Source: Chrysemys picta bellii
Taxonomy: Eukaryota
Length of the DNA: 64,000 nt
Assembly (NCBI RefSeq): GCF_011386835.1
Contig: NC_088802.1
Location: forward strand, 34,534,001-34,598,000
Direction of reading: 5' to 3'
Shown: positions 12,755 through 64,000 of the stretch, piece by piece
How the letters are laid out: the number at the start of each line of letters is the position of its first letter
How positions within the stretch are numbered: the stretch's first letter is position 1
Position numbers and translations under genes: made by a program
Notes under the pieces: model-generated
Told to the model about the DNA's origin: nothing
Seen by the model: only the letters and a program-made list of their open reading frames with translations
Databases searched by the model: none

Positions 12755-12925
12755 GCACCCTCACCCTCTACTGGGTGTATCAGAATTGCTTGACTGTGTG
12801 TCATAGCCCCTGTGACACAAGCAGTGACTCTCCTCTAGCTCATGTGGTAGAGGCTTGTGCTGATAGAGCAGCAGGATGTGGATTCTATCTCCGGTGACAC
12901 CATCAAATGCTGTGTGGCCACGATG
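12755..12925 (+). mobile_element. Short interspersed element with a tRNA-like segment
   Basis: ctctagctcatgtggtagagg (A-box-like)...ggattctatctcc (degenerate B-box); appears related to the element split at 25212-26480. Confidence 0.5.
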
Positions 12926-13409
12926 GGAAACATAGCAACATCCATAAAGCACTGATGGTTGGATTTGCTACAGCATCTATCATGGGTATTAGAGGCCCAT
13001 TTGAAAGACTAGCCGCACTGGGTGTTTGCTATATGCTACATGTTTATTGGTAAACAGCTGTACAGAAGAGTTCAGACATCTGTGTTTATAACCATCTGAT
13101 GGTATGGAGCTACGCTGGTGATCCACAAGTCCACGACACTACTATCGGCTGTGGGAGAGGGGGCATGCCATCATCTGGTCTCTTGTGCAGACTACAGTGA
13201 GGTTGGTGAAGAAATACAGCAGCCCAATGATAATACTGTGTCTGCTACCAATCACTCTCCCTGGCCTGCCCTACATGTGCCCGAGCTCTGGAAATGGCTC
13301 TCATTTGGGATCCAGGAGGTCCCCCTGTCCCACATTAAACCTCTTCCTAAGAAGTAGGATATGGAGGTTCTGGGCTGGGGAAGGAGGATCAAAAATTATT
13401 TTTACAGTG

Positions 13410-13842
13410 TTAAGTTGAATTTCCTGCTGGTGGCAGGTGCTGGCTGGACAGCCCTACAGTTTGAAGTCCTCTGTTGATCTGCACAATGGAGATAGCATGG
13501 GCAGGAGCAATTTATGTCCCCCACTGCCCCACCCTCCATTCTTCTTGCCCCCCAGTATGCCTCAACGCCAACCTGGAGGGACCAGAATTAAGCTTCTCAT
13601 TCTTTCTGGCCTCTCTCATACAACTGCTACCAAGGTGGCCAGCTGGTCCCACTCAGGTAGCCTTCATGGTGCAGATACCGGTCCACTGTGGAATGAGTTA
13701 AGAACCTACCCTTTCATTGACCTGGAACCATGGACTGTCAGTTGCCAATGACTTTCTTTGTCTACTAGCCTGGGCTGGATTGTATAAACTATAGATACAA
13801 AGTTCTCTATCCAGTTATCAATGACCTGAGCCATCTGGTCCC
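13410..13842 (-). mobile_element. LF-SINE, near full length
   Basis: Reverse complement follows the remembered LF-SINE consensus end to end: gggaccagatggctcagg, aatccagcccagg, agtggaccggtatc, gagaggcc, ggtccctccagg...ttgaggca, aggacttc...agggctgtc...gcacct, aaattcaacttaa. Confidence 0.8.
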
Positions 13843-15098
13843 TAAAATCAATGTATTGCCATTGAAGAAGAAACTTTCACACTTCACTGAATGTTTGCTT
13901 TTTATTTTGACATCAATAAACTGTCCCCATTAGGTTATTTATCTACAGCTTTTGGGAGCAGGGTCCAATGTGTGATCAGGAGAGAGAGCAAAGTCTATCA
14001 AGAATCTGCATTGGCAACAAAGTGAAATGAGCTTTAGACTTGGTGGAGAGTGGACATGGTGGAGAGTGCATTCTCCATCTCTGTTTTCTCAGGTACCATC
14101 ATCTTTAAGTGGAAGGGACAGATCCTCAGCTGGAATATAGTGGTGTAGCCTCACTGACATCAATGGCGCTACACTGATTTATGTCAGTTAAGAACATGGT
14201 CCAGTGTTTTAAGCTAAAATAATTGCAGAGCCCAAGAACAGCTAATTGATTTTCACTGATATCAGACATAGAAGCCCTGCATGGAACGTTGAATGTTGAG
14301 ACGATATCTGCTCTCAGTTTAGTCCCAAAAGTTTTTAATATGTTTGAAGTCGTTGGCTCTGTAATAAACGACTCCCCCATGTTTATCATTGCAGCTCCTA
14401 GCAACACATATGCGGTGGCAAAATGATTATACCGAGGCAAATGTATCATAGAGGGCTGGATTCTCCACCCTGTTTGGGTGCTGCTTGAGCACAATGGAGG
14501 GGTGGTGGGCCAAGATGTTGGTCAGAACTCTCTGAGGCCATGTCATCAGGCCCCAGCATAACACACAGCTGTTGACGAGCACTTCCAACTTAGATCACTG
14601 GCATAAGGGCTCTCAGTCACTGTATACCTGCGGAGGATCAGGCATTGCAGAGATCTAGCTGCCATCCCTCCCCGCTACTCTCTCTCTCTCCCCTTATGCA
14701 GAGGGCAGGGGGGTGCTAGTACAGGAGCAGGGGCTGCTTCCTCCAGCTTTCTGCCAGGGAGAGCTCCCCTGTGCAGGGGAGTCTCTGCTGGTCATTTCTG
14801 GTTAGTTTAAGCCCCCTTTGCATGGCAGGAGTGGACCGGTGAATCCGGCCCATACGATGTGCAGTGCAATTGGATCCTGGATAGCAGATGGAGTATTTGG
14901 CCACAGGAACTTCAGTGAATGGCTCAGTACCAGGACCCAAGGTGACGGCTCCGTTTCTTTGAGCACTGGGAAATTTTCCCAGTCCCCCATAGGAAAAAAA
15001 CCTAGCTTTTGTGACGCTTAACACAGGAGGGTCTCACGCCTGTCTATGGTGGGACCCACATCTAACTAGAGACATTGTCTCTTGCAAAACTCCCCTCC

Positions 15099-15345
15099 CA
15101 TTCGCTATCAGAAAGAACACCTGTCCTCTCATTTGCTATCATGGGGCCATCTCCACTCCCACCGGCTACCACAAGGATTACCTGCCTTCCTATTGGCCAT
15201 TGTAGGGCCCACATTCCTTCCCATTCGCTATCATAAAGAACACCTCGCCTCTCATTCGCTATCATGAAGACCTCCTCTCTCATTGGCTATCACAGGGACC
15301 ACCTACCTTCCTATTCCCCACTGAAGGGCCCACATCCCCACCCAT
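15099..15345. repeat. Degenerate minisatellite, about 30-bp monomer in a roughly 120-bp higher-order unit x2
   Basis: cattcgctatca-like motif every ~30 bp; ccattcgctatca recurs at 15099 and 15221, and gggcccacat recurs about 120 bp apart. Confidence 0.75.
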
Positions 15346-15637
15346 TGGCTTTTGTATATGATCTCTTGGACACCTTCAGCCATTGTGCACATGGCACAGT
15401 AGTCTTAGGGGAATGTTTAATGTATTCATTGCTGTCTTTCATGCCATGTGGCACCTCGAACAAGAGGGAGGCATCCCCACCGCAGGACCAGCCAGCTCTC
15501 CAGGGCCCACTAGCAAGCACACAGGGCACAGTGGTGAGCCGCAAGCCCCAGATTGGGAACCACTGACATAGCACAAGAGGTATTCAAATGACCTTGGTTC
15601 CTGTAGGGTCTGAATAGTAGATCACCCCTAATGCAGT

Positions 15638-15760
15638 TAAGGCTGCCAACCCTACAGGATTGCCCTGGAGTCTCTAGGAATTAAAGCGCAATCTTTAATT
15701 AAAGATTATGTCATATGGTGAAAACTCCAGGAGTAGGTCCAACTGAAATTGGCAACCCTA
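15638..15760. mobile_element. hAT-family MITE (123 bp)
   Basis: TIRs taaggctgccaac / attggcaacccta; perfect 8-bp TSD aatgcagt. Confidence 0.9.
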
Positions 15761-15981
15761 AATGCAGTGAAGAGTGGTTCTCAGCTTGAGTGTTACTGAC
15801 ACAATTGATCTTGCATGGGAATTGTGGGACACACAGTGAGTGACTGGCGCCAGGCATGGAGAACTGGAAGGCAGTAGCTTTCCACTGTGTATGCTACTAG
15901 TTTGAATCAGCACTCATGAAAGCTGCTGAGCCAGATACGTGCCCTGCCCCAGGTGCTCCAGAACTCAGAGGTGCCTGCGTG

Positions 15982-16344
15982 CAGGGCCAGCTGTGGCTTT
16001 TTTGCTGCCCCAGGCAAAAAAGCCTCCCGCCGCACCCTGCCCCCGGTGGGGAGCGCGGCAGGGGAGGGCGCCGAGCCGGGCCACGGCTCTGCTCTCCCCG
16101 GCGGCCAGAGCACCAAGGGGAGGGTGGCGAGCCGGCCGGGGCTCCGCTCTCCCCGGCGGCCGGAGCACCGGGGGGGATGGCCGGCGAGCCCGCCGCGGCT
16201 CTGCTCTCCCCGCCCGACCGGAGCGCCGGGGGAGGGCGGTGAACCTAGTCGTGGCCCTGCTCTTGGGCCGGAGCGCCGCGCCGCCCCCCTCCAGGTGCTG
16301 CCCCAAGCACGTGCTTGGTGGGCTGGTGCCTGGAGCCGGCCCTG
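15982..16344. mobile_element. hAT-family GC-rich MITE (complete)
   Basis: TIRs cagggccagct / agccggccctg; perfect 8-bp TSD cctgcgtg. Confidence 0.9.
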
Positions 16345-18339
16345 CCTGCGTGTGCCTAGCGCTCCCGCCACCGGTATCAATGCTGAGACGGCGATGTGAG
16401 CTTTCCAGCAAGACCGCCTGCTCTCCACGCTTGCCATTCTGAGGCCTAGCTGTATGCTGGGTTATTATTGTATGGGTCACAACCTGTGCAGTGTTTGCTT
16501 GTTTTACAATAGTAGTTAAAGATCCTCACATTAAAACCCTAACACTCAAGTCCTTGACAGTACTTCCTACAACTGCTCAGTGAAGTAGGGCAGGGTTATG
16601 GGTTAGGTGTTACCACCCTGTTCTCTATGCCTTTGCATAGCCTGATCCAGGCCCAACACGGGCATGATGCAGCTATTGTCTGGGGGCTGCACACAAGGCT
16701 TACAGTGGGCCAGGCCGGGTCTCCAGCCCCTCTAAAATATTAGACAGCTCGGAGGTGGGGCAGAGGAGGCCAGTTTCCCAGCTGGCTACTGAGCAGCGCC
16801 CCCCCCCCCAGGGGCAGATGGGGAGTGTGGGGTCAGGCAGTGCTACAGGTTATGTCTGCACTAGCTGGGGGGGTGTCTCCACACTCGCGGATACATACTC
16901 TTGCTAGCTCCATGAACTTCATGCTTTGGTGCCTCAGCACCTTCTGCTTTGTCAATCCATGCCCCTGCACCTCTCCGCCATTGCCCTTCAGGCTTGACCA
17001 ATGGCCTCCCTGCTAGCCAGTCCTGGGCATGGCATCCGCACAGCTCTGCCAATGCACCTCAGTGACCCTCAGCACCCCCTGCTACCCTAATCCAGGCCGC
17101 CACATAGCTCTGCCAATGCACCTCAAGCCCGACTCACAGCAATCCTGGCCACTGCATTAATGATCCATCATACAGCTCTGCCAAAGGGCTCGGTCTGAGC
17201 TCGAGCACCCTGGCTCGCGCCCTGAGACTGGGGTCCAGACACCCAGCAGCTCCCATTGCTCTTAAAAATGCTTGGCCCCCAGGAAGAGGTTGAAGCAGAT
17301 TAAAATAGGAGGCAGGGCTCATTGGTGCTGGTGGCTGCCACCCTCTGTGTGACGGGGGCTGTGTTATCAGCTGATGATGGGCAGGAGCAAGAGCAGATAA
17401 GGGGGAGCTCAGTCCCCGCTTCCCCCACACACCCCTCCCAAGTCAGCCAAGCAAAAGTGTAAGTGCCCTGTGCAGGGCTTGGGGGAGGGGCATCCCCAGC
17501 AGCTCCACCCCCTCGCCTATAAACGGCACCATTTAGACATGCTGAGGACAGAGAATGCAAGATCAACAAATCAAAATGGAGAATCCGGGGCTTCTTGTCC
17601 TGGAAAAAATGTAAACCCTGGAGGCAATTTCCTGCATCTGAGGTGATTTCAAGACTATTTCAAAAGAAAAAAATTCTGCAAAGGAAAGTGAGCAAAGGGA
17701 CTTGAGCTGACATTTAACTGTGACAGCTGGAGGCTTGCTCTGTACTCCTGCGCTATCAGCAAATGTGCCCCAGAGTCATGCAGGGCAGCGGCCAGAGGAT
17801 GACACCAGAGCAGGTTCCGCACTGGCCTGTCTGTATGGATGCTGGGAGCCCAGCCTGAGCTGCCATCTCAAATCCCTACACAGCCACATCCCCTGGCAGC
17901 TCTGTGGGTAGGGCTGTCAGATTTTGGCACCCGGCTTCCCAGATATGTGTATTTGTTTGGGTTTAAATGGAGGCACAGAAAAGCAGGGTGCTCCTTTATG
18001 CTAGATCATGCTACACCATTAGTTCAAATTACACTACACAGCCCAACCAGCAATATATTGCCCTCCTCTCCACACCCAAACATAGTACAACCACAGGAAG
18101 AAAACACTGATTACGAAACAGATCAAAATCCTCCCAGCCTCCACCCAATCCAGCCACCTCGGCCCTCCTCAGATGCCTGCTCAAAGAGCCAGACAGCACC
18201 GGGGGCCCTGAGAGGCCACACATTTGGGACATTTCAGACCAGGTTTGGGCGTGAGCAGCAAGTTGAATGTTTCTTACAGAAACCGCCCTCCCTTGGCAAC
18301 CAAGGGCCAATGGCTCAAGCAGCTCTACTGATCCCAACT

Positions 18340-18430
18340 GCAGCATTATGGCATGGGGAGCGGAGCGGTCTCTCAGGTCCCAGTCATTTAGGGCTTTACA
18401 GATCAAGACCAACACCTAAATTCAAGAAGG
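18340..18430 (-). mobile_element. Old LINE (L2/CR1-clade) RT fragment
   Basis: ggtcccagtcatttagggctttacagatcaagaccaacacc resembles the antisense L2-type RT motif. Confidence 0.45.
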
Positions 18431-19505
18431 TGTATGACCGGAGAGTAGCCCAGGGCCCATTGGCCACCGCACTCCAGGGATCAGAGAGCAGCTGGGAAGC
18501 AGCAATGGAACAGTCAGATCGGGCCTGGATACTGTAGGTCATGGCCGGCGGAGATGTTATCTTAGTTTGCTACGGCCTGGGCCATAGCTCATTGAGTCCA
18601 GAGTCACGGCAGCTCGGCAACAGAGTGTTGTATACTCTAGGAAGTGCCAAGCTGCCATTGGAGCAGGCACTAATCTATGTTAATCAACAAGCCAGTAAGT
18701 AATTAATGCAGGCACTAGGCTGAGACCGCTGAACTCATCTCCTAGGTGAGCCTGTATTTTCTGGCTGCAGACACAGGCAAAACACTGAATGAACCAGCTG
18801 GAGAGGAATTTAATCAAGACGGAAAAGCCAGTGGGGCGCCTGCTGGCAAGGTGAGAAAGCAGGGCTGATTAACTGACATGCCAGGGACTCAGAGCTGGTT
18901 CTGGAAGGGATGGTGGGGGATTCCCATCTGGGCGGGGCACAGTTGGGATAAAAATGGCACCAAGTGCATGGAGCAGGAAGTGCATGGAGGCTAGTAGCGG
19001 TATGTGACCACACAGGCTCCTCAGCTCAGTGTAATACACCCCACCAGCCAGCCCGCAATTGACACACTGACAGGCAAAACCAGATAGGAGTTTCAGTGCG
19101 TTGCCGGGAAGGCTTTGCTGCAGAGCTGCAGGGCCAGCCTGTCAGTCAAAGCGCTCCTAGGCCACCGTGTGCCTGGGAGAGGATGCTCCGAAACGTCTGC
19201 CAGAGAAAACCTTTGCCAGTACGAACGGCAGAACATGGGCAGGGTAGAAATGCTCTGAGTGAAGCTCAAACCTCCACTAGCAGCTCTGGGCAGAGCAATG
19301 CGGCCCCAGCCCTGCAGGACACATGGCCAGAAAAGGAGGAGGGCATCTGTCCTGCTGAGCTACTACAATAATGGCTCTGGCTGTGATGGCAGCACATTGG
19401 CGCGGGATAGGAAGGGTTAAAATGAGCCCTGGATTAACCCTGTGCAGCTCCGGACTTTCTGACCCTCTCCGATGTTTCCAGGTCATCTAAGTTCTTTGTC
19501 CAAAG

Positions 19506-19797
19506 CTGGGATCGGCAACCTTTGGCACGCGGCCCGCCAGGGTAAGTCCCCTGGCGGGCCGGGCCGGTTTGTTTACCTGCCGCATCCTCAGGTTCGGCCA
19601 ATCGCTGCAGGAAGCGGCAAGGGGCGAGGGATGTGCTGGCCGTGGCTTCCCGCAGCCCCCATTGGCCTGGAGCGGCGAACCGCGGCCAGTGGGAGCTGCG
19701 ATCGGCCGAACCTGCAGCCGCGGCAGGTAAACAAACTGGCTCAGCTCACCAGGGGGTTTACCCTGGCGAGCCGCGTGCCAAACGTTGCCAATCCCTG
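19506..19797. mobile_element. hAT-family MITE (complete)
   Basis: TIRs ctgggatcggcaac / gttgccaatccctg; perfect 8-bp TSD gtccaaag; internal inverted halves. Confidence 0.92.
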
Positions 19798-20261
19798 GTC
19801 CAAAGGGTGAGTCAATGAAAAGAATCAACACGGGTTCCTAGCCATAGGGCAGCCAGCTACCAGGCAGAAGAATCCCAAGGTAGACTGGCACAAGTGGGTG
19901 CTACATCTGGGCCAAATTCTCCTCTCAGTTACCCCACTGATTCCCATAGGGCTGTGCCAGTGTAGCCGAGGGCAGCAGCTGAGCCACTGTACCGAGGTTG
20001 TCAGTAGGAGTTTCTTGCTGTGCCTTTCCCATCCCTCTCTCTCCCCAGGCGCTTTCTATTTGTTTTTCACTCTGCTCTTCGCCCTGTTTTTCTCTCCTTC
20101 CTCTCTGTTCCGTTACCTTTTCTCCTCCCTGGATCACAGACCCAGTAACACTGGGGTTGAGACAGAACCCACAGTGCTCCACTGAGTTTGAAACCAGTTT
20201 GCACCACCCCAGTTTGAACACAGCGGGGCCATACTCAGGACGTAAGCTGTTGAGAACATGG

Positions 20262-20460
20262 GTGGTGTGGCATAGTAGACAGAGCAGCGCACTGGGAGTC
20301 CGGACACCTGTTTTCTATTCCTAGCTCTATTGCTAGGTCTCCTGGCAGTTCCTGCCTCAGTTTCCCCACCCCTAAAATGGGGCTAATGGTTCTGACCTCC
20401 TTTGTAAATCACTGAGAGCTGCTGAGGAAAAGCTCTGTATAAAAGCTAGGTATTATTATA
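20262..20460 (+). mobile_element. MIR/CORE-type SINE
   Basis: tRNA-like head, tgcctcagtttccccac...aaaatgggg core, tattattat tail. Confidence 0.7.
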
Positions 20461-20893
20461 TTATCATTCAAACCCATATGGACATCCCTCCTGGACTTGA
20501 ACTCTGACCTTTCTCAGAGCATTACCCAAAACCAGGACTACAGGTTTGGCATGGTGGGAACAATGTCCCAGATATCAAGATCTTCCTGAGTCCGTGACTT
20601 ACCTTTGTGTCTGTGGCTTTAATAAACTCACCCCATAGCAGCAGCTCCTGCCCTGTGGGGCTGGGCCTGGCTCTCTGCTAGGAGGCTTGTGACCAGGCTC
20701 ATGGGTTGCAGCACCACTCAGGTTTGGCCCGGCTGCCTCTCCATTATCATGATGGAGGCGTGGCCAGGTCAAACCCGAACAACGCTGAGACCATCAAGTC
20801 TCAATGCCCAGTGTGGGGAGCAGGGCCCAGCCCCATGGGACAGGAGCCACCACTGACTGAGGGATAAAGGTGGGGTGGGCTCACTCTCCATCC

Positions 20894-21010
20894 TAGGGTG
20901 ACCAGATGTCCCATTTTTATAGGGAAAGTCCCATTTTGGGGGACTTTTTCTTATATAGGCACCTATTACCCCCTGTCCCGTTTTTTCACACTTACTTTCT
21001 GGTCACCCTA
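20894..21010. mobile_element. hAT-family MITE (tagggtgacc family)
   Basis: TIRs tagggtgaccaga / tctggtcacccta; TSD ctccatcc / ctctatcc; same family as 30607-30729. Confidence 0.92.
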
Positions 21011-22122
21011 CTCTATCCCCAACTTCACCCGGGACCCCTCCTCCTCATTTGTCATGGCAATTTTTATCAAAAATCACAAACCAGTGACTTTTATAACTTT
21101 ACTATGCCTGATTTGTGATTTCTGATAAAAGATGCCGTGACAAATCTGCAGCCCTACCCATAACCACAAAGCCTGTGACAATAAAACAGAGTGCAGATAT
21201 TTATAAAATCTAGGCTTTCCTAGAACGTGTCCTTTGGAGGCAGCCCATAGAGCAAAAGAGCTGGGAAATGGTATGAAGCTAGAGGCGTGCTCGACACCCA
21301 GCCACAGCATCACAGCATTCCAGGTGGGTGGGGAGGGGCCCGATGGTCACTGAATGCAAACTTTCCAAGGCCTTTTTTGATCCAGTTCAGTTAAGAAAAA
21401 CAAACAAACCCACTTCAGTTGCACCTGATCTGCTGCTGTAAAAGCCCCGTCCATACTGAGATCAGATGGAATTTGTTTTTAATGTCATGAAGGCAACTCC
21501 CACTTAAATGGCATCAAGAAAACAAGCCAACGTCCAAGCTTGCACCGGCCCGCTTGGAAATGTCCTTCCGTCTTTGTGCTGCTGTGGGAAGCATGAGCAA
21601 TGAAGGGAGGTTGAAGCTGTCAGGAGCCACAGACTCTGCCTGGAGGCCTGCTGGGAAAGGAACAGAGAGAGCAAATGGATGTGACACAGGAATCAAACCA
21701 CCGCCCGCACACGCGGCTCTAGAGCTGTCCTCATGCGCTTTCCCTGGCTCAGTGACTGTTCATCATTCACAGTGGCAATTCGCAGTTCTTCATAAGGACA
21801 GCGACTACTCATTGGGCCAGGGAATGCGAGCGAGAATGACGGGACAGCCTGGTGTCTAGGGATCGATGTGACATGGGAGTGGCTCAGGCTAGCTACCCGA
21901 GTCCAAGCCCACCTGACCCCCTGGATCTGAGCTCAGGTGGCTAGCCCGAGGGCCCCAATCCTGATCAGAGCTTCTGGGCTCTTCCTAAACACAAATAATC
22001 AAAGTTTGAAGATACGGTGTTTGGACAGGGCTAGTCTCCTTGGCGTATCAATCTCTTGACAGCATCAGTAGGAATTATGCATATACATACCCTGGGGTAG
22101 AGCAGTGTTACAGAGCATTGCC

Positions 22123-22128
22123 TTTATT
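22123..22128 (-). terminator. Candidate polyadenylation signal (AATAAA) for the BMERB1-like gene
   Basis: First canonical AATAAA seen on the minus strand downstream of the stop, about 1.08 kb away; no transcript evidence. Confidence 0.3.
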
Positions 22129-22445
22129 CTGTCCTTAAGAAACTCCGATTGTTTGTAAAATAAGGTCTCTAACACCTTGCAGTTGTGCACTCTGTTGTTG
22201 CCAATGCTTGGTAACTCCTGTAGATTTTGGTGGCTTATATGTAACCTGCTAATGAGAGCAAGATGGGAGGGACAGGGCTAGAGTGCTTTTTGGGCTGGAC
22301 AGAAAGATTTACTGGATAGAAAGTCTGGCTGATTTCTCAAGCTTTCAGCATGTAGGTGAAAAAGACAGAGGGCCAGATACATCTGTGCTGTAATGCCAGC
22401 TAACTCAGTTATACCACGCACGAGATGAATTTAGATCCTTCCTTT

Positions 22446-22562
22446 CATAGGTGCTGGAGCTAGCACCTCCTGGCTTGAAGTGGTTTCTATTATATCCAGG
22501 GTTTACAGTTTGGTTCAATGGGTCTCAGTGCCCCCAATATACAAATTGTTCCAGCACCCCAG
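22446..22562. mobile_element. hAT-family MITE (catagg family)
   Basis: TIRs cataggtgctggagc / gttccagcaccccag; TSD cttccttt / ctttcttt. Confidence 0.75.
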
Positions 22563-22661
22563 CTTTCTTTACACGCAAATAAGTCGAGTGGCATCTAAGC
22601 AGGGGGAGGTGGGAGTGTACTGAAGAGGAATGGTCAGGCCAGCACAGGCCTTCCCTTGTTT

Positions 22662-23050
22662 AGCTGGTCGAGGATTTTTCCATCAGAAACTGCCAAGTCG
22701 TCAACACCACAACTTTTTGTGAGACGGTTTTGATGAAGTTTTTTAATTTGAAAATTTGGGGGGGGGGGAAATTTGGAAATTGTTGAAATGTTTCATTTCA
22801 AATCTGTAAAACTCTGGTTGGTGTTTAGAAATGCAAGCTAATGTAAGTTAAAAAAATATTTTCATTCTGAAATTTTAAGCTAATTATAGTTTTAAAAAGT
22901 TTTTAAAAAAACAGAAATGTTTTGATCGATCCAAAAGTGGCTTCCCCCCCCCACACTTTTGGTTTGCAAAAAATCTAGAGATTTTGCTTTTTGGTTCCCG
23001 ATTCAGGACAGGAATATTTGTTGATCTCTCAAAATATTTCAACAGGCAGC
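22662..23050. mobile_element. AT-rich non-autonomous DNA element in the putative 3'UTR
   Basis: agctggtcga...ttttcaacaggcagc ends; gaaatgtt/ttttga-rich interior shared with 43705-44345 and 58290-58748. Confidence 0.5.
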
Positions 23051-23205
23051 AAACCCATTTCCTGCCCTATGGTGCTCCCCAGAGAACGACGGAAAGGGCG
23101 GGACCATGAGGAAATCTTGCTTGCCTCATGGTTGGCTTCTCTGAGAGCAGGGAGGTCTATGTTACCCATGATCTTGTCCTGTGCAGAGGAGGCCTGGGAG
23201 AGAGT

Positions 23206-62552
<39,347 letters not shown>

Positions 62553-62659
62553 TTAGAAAGCAGGAGACAAGAAATAAAAGTGACTTGTTGATCTAGGGGG
62601 TTGATTCTTGCTTTGGATGCACAAGGGTTTCTTGTTCAAATCCCAGAAAAGCCCTTGCA

Positions 62660-63058
62660 AAGACACGGAGAAAGTTAAGGGGCCACTTGATCACAGTCTG
62701 TAAGTACCTGCATGGGGAAGAAATATTTGAAAATGGGCTCTTCAATCTAGCAGACAAAGGTAAAATCAGATCCAGTGGCTGGAAGTTGAAGCAAGACAAA
62801 TTCTAACTGGAAATGAGGTGCATTTTTTTTACAGTGAGGGTAATTAACCTTTGGAACAACGTACTGAGGGTCGTGGTAGAGTCTCCATCACTGACAAGTT
62901 TTAAATCCAGATTGGCTGTGTTGCTAAAAGATCTGCTCTAGTTCAAACAGGAATTAATTCAGGGAAGTTCTCTGGCCTGTGCTACACAGGAGGTCAGACT
63001 AGATGATCACAATGGTCCCTTCTGGCCGTATCGTCTATGAACCTATAGATCTATGAAA
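62660..63058 (+). mobile_element. CR1 LINE 3' fragment
   Basis: ORF2 C-terminal remnant plus aggtcagactagatgatcacaatggtcccttctggcc...ctatgaa tail. Confidence 0.92.
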
Positions 63059-63479
63059 ACAACTCATGGAGAGACTGGGTCAGACGTTGATCCCAGGACA
63101 CGCAAGTACAGGCTCGATCCTGCAAAGTGCAGCGTACTCTTGCCCAAGCCAGCAAAGCACACGTACGCACATGCTGACTTCAAGCTCATTGGGCCCGATT
63201 CTCAATGATGCTAAGGCCCCTTTGCAACGTTCTGTGATGTCAATAGCATATATTGCCATGGGAAGCCCCCTTTACCCTGGCAGAGTGTTGCAAAGGAGAC
63301 CAACCCTGGCTTCGCACCAGTTTTTAAATGGCGAAGTGACATTCAGTCAACTTGACCCCAGTGCAGTGGAAGGCACACAGGTAAACAGCCCAGCCGGTCC
63401 TGGCCTCATGCAAAGCAGTGTGGGATAGCAGTGGGAGGACTGCGAAGCGAGCATGAACAAGCAGTGTGTGCAAACAAAC

Positions 63480-63593
63480 ATGAGTCTGCACTAACTCAGC
63501 ACACAACAAATTTTCTACACTTTTAAAGTGGACTAAAGAAGGCGTATCAGCTGGCCAGTTAGTGCACAATAAACCCCCTGTGTAGACAAGCCC
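63480..63593. mobile_element. Harbinger-type MITE, 3' end
   Basis: gtgtagacaagccc|tta terminus. Confidence 0.6.
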
Positions 63594-64000
63594 TTAGTGT
63601 AACTGAGAATCCGGCCCATTACTTTCAGTGGAGCTCTTTATGGCTTCAGGTTCATTGCTGGATTGGAGCAAGAGAGTTCTGCAGCTTGCAAGCCAGAGTC
63701 CTAAATCTGGTGCTACTTCAGTGATGCCACTCTAGATCGTGATCAGCTTCAGGATCAACGTACCCATGGAAAGCTGCTGGGCGGCTGCATTTCTCCTTTA
63801 TTTCTATTTCCTGGACTTTGCCTGATGTTCCCCTCATTGGAACGGTTCTGCTCAGCACCCGCATTACCATCAAGGCTGGCTCAGGTAGCTATTCTCTCCT
63901 CCTAACTAGCATGCAATATGCATGAAGGGCCCACTGCAACAGAACGCTTCTGAAGCAGGCAAGCCAGAGAGGCCCAGCATTAAGTAAGCTCTGTCATTTC

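Noticed and set aside
12825-12900. tRNA-like A/B-box sequences here and at 25212-26440 and 53760-53830
   Set aside because: No complete cloverleaf; embedded in interspersed repeats, so SINE-derived rather than tRNA genes
14126-14494. 122-aa minus-strand ORF and an overlapping plus-strand acceptor-like site
   Set aside because: No recognisable homology, no good donor, and it ends in a palindromic repeat; length within chance expectation
15907-16480. Cluster of 108-176-aa ORFs on both strands
   Set aside because: Coincides with a GC-rich hAT MITE (15982-16344) with TIRs and TSD; stop-poor by composition

Overview
Eukaryotic vertebrate DNA. The repeat landscape (CR1 LINE 3' ends, GC-rich hAT MITEs with 8-bp TSDs, Harbinger-type MITEs with TWA TSDs, MIR-like SINEs, solo LTRs, an LF-SINE) points to a turtle genome; this is inferred, not proven. 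One protein-coding gene is well supported: a minus-strand, stand-alone bMERB-domain gene of the BMERB1/C16orf45 family. Five coding exons (equivalent to exons 2-6) lie at 62407-62524, 34613-34686, 30313-30427, 24120-24193 and 23206-23324. All have GT-AG splice sites and consistent phases, and the protein ends in a CaaX box (CSIM). Exon 1 lies beyond the right edge. Divergence from remembered human BMERB1 and the absence of recognisable MARF1 exons downstream suggest a second paralogue rather than the orthologue. The most unusual structure is in intron 4: what looks like a CpG island (25269-26395) is bounded by hAT TIRs and an 8-bp TSD and carries first-exon-like cargo (a Pack-type element). 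There is a 163-N assembly gap at 51419-51581. No CRISPR, rRNA or true tRNA genes, and no intact transposase or RT ORF, were seen. Repeat family names and protein comparisons come from recall of consensus sequences, not from database searches.
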